DNA of 64,000 bases. Source: Lytechinus pictus. Its lineage: Eukaryota. Numbering within the stretch: position 1 is the stretch's first letter; each line of letters starts with the position of its first letter. The stretch lies in NCBI RefSeq assembly GCF_037042905.1, contig NC_087249.1, positions 10,232,001-10,296,000 on the forward strand, given 5' to 3'. The notes under the pieces were generated by a model that saw only the letters and a program-made list of their open reading frames with translations, searched no databases and was not told the DNA's origin. The position numbers and the translations under genes were made by a program. This document shows positions 14,301 through 26,100 of the stretch, piece after piece.

Positions 14301-17156
14301 TTAGTTTTCTCCTTTTGTTTGTGTAATTAATCTCTCTTTAGAATTAAAACATGTATATATGCCTATTGTTTCAATAGAAAAACTATGCCGATTAATTTTC
14401 ATCATTGAGAAGTATTCATTTCCGTTCAGGGGCATATTCAGGGGGCCGTTTCATAAAACTGTTCATAAGTTAAGAATGACTTTAAGAACGACTGGTGATC
14501 CTTTCTTGTGGTAAATGATATTCACCATTAAATCATCATTAGTGATTATTTTGTGCGTAGGAAAGTTTAACCAGTCGTTCTTAACTTACAAACAGCTTTA
14601 TGAAACACCCATCAGGTATTTCATAACTGGTTGTAGCAAGAGAAAATGGCAATTCTTTTCTGATTTTTTTTTTTTTGAAAAGAAGAAAGGGATGAACTTT
14701 GTCTCTCATTCCAATTGGCCTTTCTATCCTCCAAAAGGGGCATTCATCCAAAAAATTATTAGATCACAAGTGTATGATTTGGGAGCAAGGGTACCATCCC
14801 TCCCCCTCCCCCCCTCCACTTGATCCATGCCTGCGTCCAATGCTTGCAGGCATGCTAGTCAATGGATCATGAAAGGACTATGCACATAAATATTCAAGAT
14901 CTATTTCATGAGGAAAACACTTGAAGGCAAGTACCAGCACATTCAACAACTTGATATTAAGCATATAAAGGCCCTGTCACATCGTTCCGTGCAAGCCTTG
15001 CATGTGACTTGCGGGTAACCATGCTGGCTATCCACAGGTCGCCCCACATTGACAGTATCTTGCATGCATCTCGCATGCAGTTGCCCGCAGGAGCAAAAGC
15101 AAGTCTGATTTGCACGCAGAAAAGTTTTGAACATGCTCAAAACTTGTTGCAGATGATTGCCAGCAACTCATCCTGAAGGCTTACACGGAACAATGTGACA
15201 GTGCCTTAACAGACATCGTAATTCAAAGAGCCTTGGTAAAACCACATAAACAAATTGCAGAACGCCATGCAAGGGATTATACCAGAAGAAAGAGAATATG
15301 GAGAAAATGACATAATCTTCAGGAGGTAGAAGTGCGACTCCCCCCCCTTAAAGTATAAAATATAAATAAAACAGCATAATGAATAAAACTGAATAAATAA
15401 ATCATGATCAATCGGTCAAATGTGAACAAAAACAACAAAAGAAGTATGAGAAGGAGAAAGAGAAATGACAGGTATTGTGTCTGCTATGCTTGTAATACAT
15501 GGACACTGAATACTTATATTTTGTTATGCTTGTATACAGTATGTATGTGAACCTACTGCCAGTAGAGGATGAATTTCTGTGTTTTTACACAGACAATAAA
15601 CATTTTTCTTTTTCTTCTTTCTCCACTTTTCTCAGAAATTGGCACGATCATGCAGCATCCATCCATTCAGTAGTTATTGCTGAAGATTATATAGAGTACC
15701 GAAGTGTGACATCATAAATTTTCACTTTTTGCATTTCAGCGCTTTTGATACCATATTTTGGTAGAGCATGATGAAAAACCTCCACAACCCAAATTTGGCA
15801 AGAATCGGTCCATGGGGCCCCAAGATACTGTATGACCTCATGAATACATTGACTTCAATGGGGCTCATTATGTATTCATGAGGTCATACAGTATCTCAGG
15901 CCTCCATAGACCGATTCTCACCAAATGTTGGTAGAGGGGGTTTTTCATCATGTGCTACCAAATTATGGAATAAAAAACGCTGAAATGCAAAAAAAAGTTT
16001 GTTTATGATGTCATCAATTTGGTACTCTATTACTTATAAATGCAATTAATTAAGGACAGGAAAGAAATAAATATTCTGACTCAAAGATGCAAATACATGT
16101 AGAGCCAATATCATTAAGCTTCTATTCCATAATGATTTTTCTTTTATTTCACGTTTGCTTTGTCATGTACTTGTTGTAGAAACAGGAACATCATGCATGT
16201 ATTCATTCTGACAGAAATGTAATGAAAGAAGACTTAATTTCTTAACAAAAATATGTGAGTGATAGTACTACTGACCTGTCGTATGTAGTCGCTAAGAGCT
16301 TTGTACATTTCTGGAATTCGGAGGAGAGTGTACATTTCTTTTGTATCCACGACTTTCCTATACAAGCAACAACAAAAAAAGGATCAAGAGTTAAACAATC
16401 ACAAGAATTTCTGCTAATGATATATGTATCAACCCTGCTTCCCACTCCCCCCTGATCCACACCTAGACACAAAATACTTTAGTTGAACTTTAGTAAATAT
16501 AGAAAAAAAGCAAGTATGCAATTCCAGTATCCTACAACTTTATTTTATTCTTATTGCCTGACTCATAACCACTAGTAGACAAAACTATATAGATTTTTTC
16601 ACAATTGATATCTATAACATGTATATCATGAAAGAAATGACAAGCACAATTGAATATCAAAGAGATGTCTTAAGAACAGAAAGAGCAATGGAAAGAAAAA
16701 TGTGTGGTGCTAAAATATCTGACAGAAAGAACACAGGTGAGCTCATGGAAAGGTTGGGCTCGGAAAAAACTGTGGTGGAAGTGGTTTGAGAGGGATGGGC
16801 CACCAGTTGAGGATGAACCTGCGATAAGGAGATGGTATCTGGAATTGGATTGCATGTAAGGAAAAGGAAGACCAAAGATATGGAAAGATGTGGTGAAGAA
16901 GGAAAGCAGAAAGGTTGGTTCATTGACGAGGATGCTCAAGACAGAAAGAAGTGAAAGGATGGATGATGATGATGATGATGGTGGTGTTGGTGATGATGAT
17001 GATGATGATGGTGATGGTGATGATGATGGTGATGATGATGGTGATGATGATGGTGATGATGATGGTGATGATGATGGTAATGATGATGGTGATGACGATG
17101 GTGGTAATGATGATGGTGATGATGATGGTGATGATGATTGAGATGACAATGAATAC

Positions 17157-17188
<32 letters not shown>

Positions 17189-20100
17189 CAATGACGACGA
17201 TGATGATGATGATGATAGAATCTATATCATAACACAAATTAAAATTCAAGTATATTTCCAAAAGAAATATAATACATAATCATTACATAATTAAACTCAA
17301 TGAAAATGAAAATTAACAAAAATTTTCAAACATAGAATACTTTTGTGGAAATTTATAATTCATAATTCAAAAAGAAAATGAATGATGAAGATTGGAATCT
17401 TACTTTCTGCTTCACTTGCTTCATCATCTTTGCCTTTAAGGATATCAATCTGCTCCACGGCATGGTCAAAATGTTTCTGAAACTGACCCTTGAGGTTGCG
17501 GTAATAGCGCTCATGTTCAACGATCCCGACTCTGATGTATTCTGAATTTAAAAAAATTGTTTGATAGGAATAGAACTTTACAAGAGCCCCATCTCACAAT
17601 ATTTTTTTCAGGGGGTGAGGGGGGGTAGGGGCAAGCTTGAACTTTAAATGCAAATACCCATGTGAGTTCATGCTCAACGATCCCAACTCTAATGTACTCT
17701 GACCACAAATATAAGTGACATGTAGACAGGAGTAGAAATTTAGCTAAGTCACACCTTACAAAGAATGCGATTAGTACAATTTCTTCACTATGAAAAGCAA
17801 GCAACACAATAATTTGTTTGAATGCTTTTGAACTGAAATGGTCTTCTCTCTCTCTCTCTCTCTCTCTTGATCAATCGATGCTGTACATGTAAGCTGTCTG
17901 CATACATTTGCTTTGACCAATCAACAAGCTTTTTTTTTTATACAAATGGACAATGCATACGCTTTCAAGAGGAAAATTATGCTGTGGCTGCCTGTCCATA
18001 GCCGAGATTGGGAGGAATCGCAATAACAAGACTTGAATTAATTTCAAAGCAAGAAGCAAGGGTGTGTTTCCTGAGCCTTGATTCATGAGTCTTTAATGAT
18101 TAGGCAATAGTTTAAAGTTCAAAGCTTATTTCCACATTTCCATAAAAAATAACAATTTACAGCATAAGCATAATCAAATCATAAAAATTGTTTCATCTTC
18201 AAAGTATATACACAAAGGAAAAAGTAAGGTACAAAAATGACTCAGTAGATAAGTGTTCTACAAACATGAAACATACAAAATATATCATAAAAATGTGGTG
18301 GGGTCAAAAGAAGTTAATCCAAAACTAAAAAGATTGACTCCATTCTTAGAAAGCAAATTAAGGGCTCAGTGGAAAAGACACAAAAAAACCCACAAAAACA
18401 TGAATGAAGATTATGTTGATGCTCTTAATACTCATTGTGTTTTTAAAAAGTGTAAATAATTAATAAATATGAATCAATATATCTTGACCCCCTCCCACAA
18501 CCCCTTTGAAAAAATTCCTGCACATGCCGTTGGCATTTTTTAATAACAGGTAATGTACATGTACATACCTCAGTCACATTTCCCCTACGGCGAGTCTAAA
18601 ACAGCCGTTTTATTCATTTTTATTCAAACCACCTATATGTAGCTGGTACAAAAAAATGTTAAAATCGACTGTTTTTTACACGCCGAACGGCGGCGGCAGG
18701 GGAAATGTGACTGAGGTATCAGTGAACAATAGGCCTACAGTATCCTAAACTAGAAAAGTAATTGTATTTTTATGCTCACTATGCAGTATCCTTTCCACGG
18801 GTGATAGTTCTGCACTTTTAGCTAGCTTCTTTTCTGCCTCATTCGATGTTCCCGGTTCTGCTTCATCTGGGAGAAATAAAAACAAAAGAAAATTAGAAAC
18901 AACTAAAGTGAAAAAAAAACATTTCAAAATATTATGGGAAATGTGCAATATAATATTATTGACCGAGTTGATATTCAATTTGTAAAATTATTGCATTTAT
19001 TTTATTATCATAATTTCATTTTTTTTTCAGCTTATTTTTGTTTTTATTTGATTTCTACCGCAATCACTTTCATTTCTTCCTTCTTGATAACTTAATTTGA
19101 TAGTTTCTATCTCTTGGGGGAAGGAGTAGGATTGAGAGCCTTATGGGGGCGTTTTGGTCTAGTGGTTAAGACTCTCATCTTTCAATCTGAAGGACGTGGG
19201 TTCGATTCCCAGCCATGGCGTGTTTTCCTTCAGCACTTTCACCAGGTGAGAAGCTTTGAGCTTTTGAGCTTAGACTAGCTAAGCCAGGGTAATATAGGAT
19301 CACCTTGAGCACCTAACAGGGTGGATACATCCACATTGTGCTGCACTCAACCCAGGTGAAGAGAGTGGGTACCCGGTAGGAAGAAATTCCTTGAATGCTT
19401 GAGCGCCTACATGTCGGCTCGGCTACAGCCAGGGTTATAATATGATACCAATTTTCAAAAGTATATGCATACGGTAACTGCGCTATATAAATGGATAAAT
19501 GGTCCATATTATCACTTTTATTTATATGAATTCATATGTCTCATTCTTAGCCAATAATTAGCAATAATTTTTGGATGGGAGCTTTATAAACCCCCTCTGC
19601 TGTTTCACAATCTGTGTACCCTTCCTGGAATGCTCCCCAGGGAGTGAAGAAAGTGCACACATCATGTGTAGGCAAGTCAGACTCTGATGACATACAATGT
19701 AAGGTGCTTACAGACATCGTTTAGGGGCGTGTTTCACAAAGAGTGAAGTGTGACTTATGGGGGGCATTGCAAGAAACTTGCGATCAATTGCAAGTCTATT
19801 TTCGATCTCTAAATCAATCATAAGTTTTGAAATTAACTGCAAATTTGTGATTGATTGCTAATCTGCTTCTTGAAACAAGGAGTGTAATATGATTTGCTAT
19901 AGTTAAAATTGATCTATCAATTGTAAAATTGCCACAGAATATTTGCAATTGATTGCAAATATTTTCTTGAAACACCCCCTTAGAGTCATGCTTAGTGCGG
20001 ATGCGCACGCGATATCTAACGCGCAATATCATTGATTAATACGCAGTAGCGCGCATCCTCTTAGCATGATTTTGACCAATGCGGTGATGCCTTTTATACG

Positions 20101-23100
20101 GCACGCATCTAGACATTTAAGTGCAACTCTAAGGGGGTGTTGCAAGAAAATATTTGCGATCACTTGCAAATATTATGTTGCAATTTTACAGCTGATAGAT
20201 CAACGTTGGTTATAGCAAATCAGTTTCAAGGAGCAGATTGGCAATCAATCACTGATTTGCAATTAACTGCAAGACATATGATTGATTCAGGGACCAAAAA
20301 AAGACTCGCGATTGATCGCAGGTCTCTTGCAGCACCCCATTAGTCATACTTTACTCTTTGTGAAACACCCTCCTGATGCATGAAGTGCTATATAGAAGTA
20401 AATTATTATTCGTAATTACGCATGACTTTACGCACGACTGGAAAATGTTCTTAGGTCATAAATCAATTACATAGGGATATCACATAGCACAAGAAAGGAT
20501 CACCAGTCGTGCGTAAAGTCATTCGTATCTTACGAACAGCTTTCTGAAACACCCACCAGGGGTTGTACTCGTTGGTTGGTCACTGGTCGCGGGATCAGCC
20601 ATAACCGAGACAGGTGCTTTGCACTTTTTGACGAGGTCCGAGAAATAGGCATCCTCTGCTTTGTTCTTCTGTTGTACGACTATCTGGATCAAAGCGTCAA
20701 ATCCCGTATCCCGAATCAGGTCCGCAATCCTCACTGGGGCATTGCAACATGGACATCTGCGCCTGAAAGGACAAGGAGGTTTGCCATTCAATGGTCATTT
20801 GATAGAACCTATCTGCCCTAATGAATACCATTTAATTCAAAATAAATGTGTACATAACTTGTGCTACAACTTTAGGATTTCAATTGCAAGCCATCATTGC
20901 TTGGTCATTATAAGATATTAGGCAAAGAAAAAAAAAAAAAATATATATATATATACCGGTATACATATATTCGGGGGGGGGGGGGACTACTTTTTACAAC
21001 ATACTGGCTAAATCTGCAACATTGGATAAGCTTTATTGCAATGAATTAGGGATTTTTGCTGGCTACTTGAGATTTTCCAAGGCTACAGTATTTAGAGCCC
21101 CAATGAAAAAAGTATTGGCAAGCATCCTACAATCCAATATTCTACAAAGTCACCATATAATACACAAAAACTTTATTAAAACACATAAGAAAATTATAAA
21201 ACATTTTAGATAAATTGTTGCTATAGAATAAGATCTGAGGGAGAGGAAATCATGAGATTCATGAAAACCTAAACAATTTTTACTACAAAATCCATCCAGA
21301 ATAAACCTCTATTCATCTCTTCTAGTATTATGCATTTCTCAGAACAGGGGGAGAGGAGGGGAGGGGCACAATGATGCAGGGGAATTTTTTATTGCGGGGG
21401 CTACTTTTCACAATCTACTGCCAAAATCTGCTACACATTGGATAAGCTTTAACATCTTTGTACAGTGAACAGTGAACAGGGATTTTCAGAGGCTTCTTTT
21501 TATACATGGAGGGCTATTTTCAGCATTAAAAGGGTGAGATTGCCCGGAACCCCCCCCCCCCCCCATTTAATTTTCCCTGGGATGATGCCTTTATACTCTC
21601 TGAGATGCAATACTACTCACTTCCTATCAATCCACTCTAGAATACATCCTTCGCAGTAGCGGTGTCCACACAGCGTGAGGGTCGTCATGTGAAACAGGCA
21701 CATGCATATCGGACAGCTGAAGGAGTCTTTGAGGGGGTCCAACTGAAGTAATGAATGGGAGATAATTAACGAACGATCAATCAGATATAAGTATCAACCC
21801 TTGTATTTTGACAAATGAATAGGAAAACTAATAAGGCATTGCAAGAAACTCGGTGGATTCACAATATGGTGCGCCATCTATCGGTTGCAGCGAACAGGCC
21901 AATCATCTAACTTCGTGGTCCACATCTAACGCAGGCGCAGGCAGTGCACAGTGATAGTGTACTGTAATGTGACTGTGATGCTTCAAAAATGAAAACCATA
22001 TGGCAAGAGTTCACCAAAAACGGTCTAAATTCCGCACAGAAATATGCGGGCAAATTTCTCTCCCACCTCCTGGACCCTAGTAAAGAGCATATATCCGTTC
22101 GAGCTTTGTCGGCCAGCACTGAATAATCGCAAGCACTCATGCACTTTAGTACTAGCGCATGCAACAGATGTCAATTTTTTCCCATGAGGCATTGCAAATT
22201 TTCACCTGTCTGCTGCAACCGATAAATGGCACACCATACTGTGTATCCACCGAATTCTATTTTTGGTCCCTAGAATATTCATATGTCTTGCAATTAATTG
22301 TAAATTGTAATTGATTACTGATATACTTGTGCAAAAGAAAAGATTTGCTGCAGCTAAAATTGATCTATTAATTGTAGAATTGCAAAAACATATTTGCAAT
22401 TGATTGCAAATAATTTTTTGCAACACCCCTTATTAAGTCCTTTCATATTCCCATAATGAGCCTTGATATTCACTTCTACCCCTGTTGCCTTCATTTATAA
22501 GCACAACATAGTATTTGTATATTTCAATTACTGGCCTCTTTTGTCTTCTCAAAGATATGCAGTGAGCATTTCTCAAGGTGAAATACATGAATTATTTAAG
22601 AAATATTTTGTATTTATTTCTGTTATTTCAATTTATTACAATTGGGCGATTTCTTTAAAGGGGTCATAAGGACTAAATATGGTAAAATTTGGCAAGCAGA
22701 ATGCTGCAAATTTCATCAACCTTTCATAACAAAGTTATTGAATTTTAAAGTTTAAATATATTTTGTGAAAACAGTAATATAGTACCGAAGTGTGACGTCA
22801 CTGTCATGACAACGAACTGGCTGGTTCTAAACAGAGTCCCAGCTGACGATCGTCTATACACATTTGTATTTGCAAAAATTACCATCATTCTGAGGTTGCA
22901 AGTGATGAAATTCCATTAGCAGCCATTTTCTCCTATGAGAACAAGCTCCAGGTTCATTTGTTTAGAACCAGGCCGCCATGACACCATGGCAACTGACGTC
23001 ATCGCTTCGGTACTCTATATGTCATGAATATTCAATAGATGGACTGTTGATATCATGTCCCCACTTTCCTTTTTATTCTTTATGGTATTACACGAAATCA

Positions 23101-26100
23101 TAATTACGGTACTTCATATTTTCATGTGTATAATAATGTCTCCCTTGAAACAAAATAAAGTTGCAGCAATGATTATCTTACACAATTAATCAAATTAATC
23201 AATTTTTTTTCATTCTTGGTGGAAAAAAATTGAATAAACATAGTAAAATACAAAAGAATAATTGGAGATATGACATCATATGACATCATTCCACTGCACA
23301 TTCATGAGGACATGCATAGAACTGTTTTACACAAAATAATACCAAATCATAAAATGTCATAACTTAACTAGAGATGCTCGGCGGGTCGCGCAGCCGAGCA
23401 CATGTATCCCCGGAACCCACCGCGTCATCCGTCATTGCGATATATAGAGCTCACACAGAAATTTGACAAATAAATACAATTATCATGGCGACAATGACCC
23501 TAGCGTGCAGGTCCCCCAAGCCCATCTACCATCCAAGTGTGGTTGAAAAGTGACTTACGGTTGCGGAGAAAGACAAACTTGCATGTAAACTTCAACGTTG
23601 ACCTGAAAATGACCTATGACCTTACCATGTGACCTCTGACTGCAGCATAACATGCAGGTTCCCCAAGTCCATCTACCATCCAAGTTTGGTTGAAAAGTGA
23701 CTTACGGTTGCGGAGTTAGGTGTCATAAGAGAGTCTTGCATGTAAACTTTAACGTTGACCTGAAAATGACCTTTGACCTTACTATGTGACCTCCGACTGA
23801 AGCATATCATGCAGGTACCCAAAATCCATCTACCATCCAAGTTTGGTTGAAAAGTGACTTACGGTTGCAGAGTTAGGCGTCATAAGAGAGTCTAGCATGT
23901 AAACTTTAACGTTGACCTGAAAATGACCTTTGACCTTACCATGTGACCTCTGACTGCAGCATAACATGCAGGTTTCCCAAGTCCATCTACCATCCAAGTT
24001 TGGTTGAGAACTTAAGGTTGCGGAGTTAGGTGTCATAAGAGTCTTGCATGTAAACTTTAATGTTGACCTGAAAATGACCTTTGACCTTACCATGTGACCT
24101 CCAACTGCAGCATAAGATGCAGGTCCCCCAAGTCGATCTACCATCCAAGTTTGGTTGAAAAGTGACTTACGGTTGTGGAGTTTTGTGTCATAAGGTTTGT
24201 GACGGACGGACGACGTTTGGATCCCTCAGTCTCGCCTTCACCTCTACTGGGCGAGACAAAAATCTTGTTACCATGGCAACAATGTTTCCGCCCACACCAA
24301 AATCAATAGGCAGCTTTGCTTTACCATAATGGACCTTCATGCCACATTAAAAGATGATCGGAGAAGAAATGCAGCTGGTAGAGCGCTCACAAGGACATCT
24401 CTGCTATTTCCACAAAAACTCTTGTTGCCATGGCAACGGTGTCTCCACCCACACCAAAATCGATAGGCGGCTTTGCTATACCATACTCAACCTTCATGCC
24501 AAATTTGAAGATGATCGGAGAAGAATGCAGCTGATGGAGCGCTCATATGGAAATCTATGCGGCGGCGGACGCGGGTGCGACGAGGCCAAATCCATAGTAT
24601 CCCCGAACTCTGTTCGGGGGATACAGTTATTCCTTATCCCAATTTGAAGAGATTTTCAGTGCTTTGTTTGTCTGATTTACTTTACCTAGATTCAAATTAT
24701 GTCATATTATTTTTGGCCTGGAGCTAAAGTACCCCTTTAATTTGGGAGGGTAATTCAAAATATTTAAGGGCTAAGTTTTGTAAGTTCGTTCTTGAGCAAC
24801 TTCTTCCTGAAATTCTTTTTTTTTCCAGATTAGAAAGAGAAAGCAGAAAGTGGACCTACACTCAACAAGTTAGATAAAAATGAGGAGGTATCATTTTATC
24901 ATAAAGTTTATGATAAACAATATCTTGATCGACAGTATATAGCAGGGGTTCTCAAACTACGGCACGCGGAGCTTCTCAATCCGGCCTGCGAGACTCTGCT
25001 GGGTTTTTTTTTTATCACTTTTAAGTCACAATATGAAATATACATGTAGCTCAATATGATTACATTGTGTATCCATGTAAACCTAACCATAGTAAAAGTA
25101 ATGGCAGTCAAATAAATTTGACTTTTAAACAAAGTTTAGTGGAGACTTTTCTGTCTGTTCGATCTACTTTCTTATTAGATGACCAACGCTGTTCTCACCA
25201 TGTTTGGATCTACATACAAGTGCGAAAGTACATTTTCCACAATGAACATTTTAAAGAACTAACTCATACTGAAGTACCTGGACAGGGGCAGTGGAATGGT
25301 TTTCAAAGTGGGGGGGGGGGGGGGAGGGGGGGCTGGCCATGCAAAAAATCACAATCATATGGTATTTTTTACATTTTTGTACATGGTTTTGGAAAAAAAG
25401 AGGGCGGGCTAAAGCCCCCCCCCCCCCCCCCCAGTGAACACTTGCACCAGTGCCTTTGTCTGGCAATTACACCTTTTGTGCCAAGGTTCAAGCAACTTGT
25501 TGCTGACAGACTGTCACTTTTCCCATATTGAAAGTGACTAGGAGACTGACATCCTTGTTAGAGTCTACAACAGACATGCTCTATTATTCATTCTACTTTG
25601 ACTACAAAAAATATTGATACTTCTTGACATTAACCAGGTATGTATAGGTACAACCTAGATTCATTTTTAAAAAGTCCCGGGGGGGGGGGGGCCACTTACA
25701 TTGACGAGTGGATACCATGCGCGACCAAAAAAACGCGTAAAAAGGATGTCTTTTTCAAGATAGGGCACGTACGTACGTAACGTGATAAGGGTGTCAAAAA
25801 CACAAAAATATTGAAAAAAGGGTATCTATTTCGCTCGGAAAAATAAACGTGTTTAGGGTCAAATATGCGGGGATCATAAAACAAAATAAAATTGTTTTAT
25901 AAAGGATGTCCCTTTTACCCCAACAATACGTGTTTAGAGTCCGATTTGCCATGTTTGCGCGAGGTGTGGAAGGTGGGGCCGTACTAAACCAAAATAATGG
26001 TGTGACATAACCAGTGTTGTAGTGCCTTGATGCTCGGCCTTGGCCTTAAGGCGCCTTAAGGCCTACTTTTTCAAAGCCTTGGCCTTGAACATTCAAGCCT

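Noticed and set aside
16670..17261. Overlapping poly-S/D/I/M ORFs
   Set aside because: Translations of a (GAT)n microsatellite; the same applies to 8935-9207 and 11255-11560.
23495..24200. Regularly spaced repeats resembling a CRISPR array
   Set aside because: The whole unit is repeated with no unique spacers; eukaryotic context and no cas genes.
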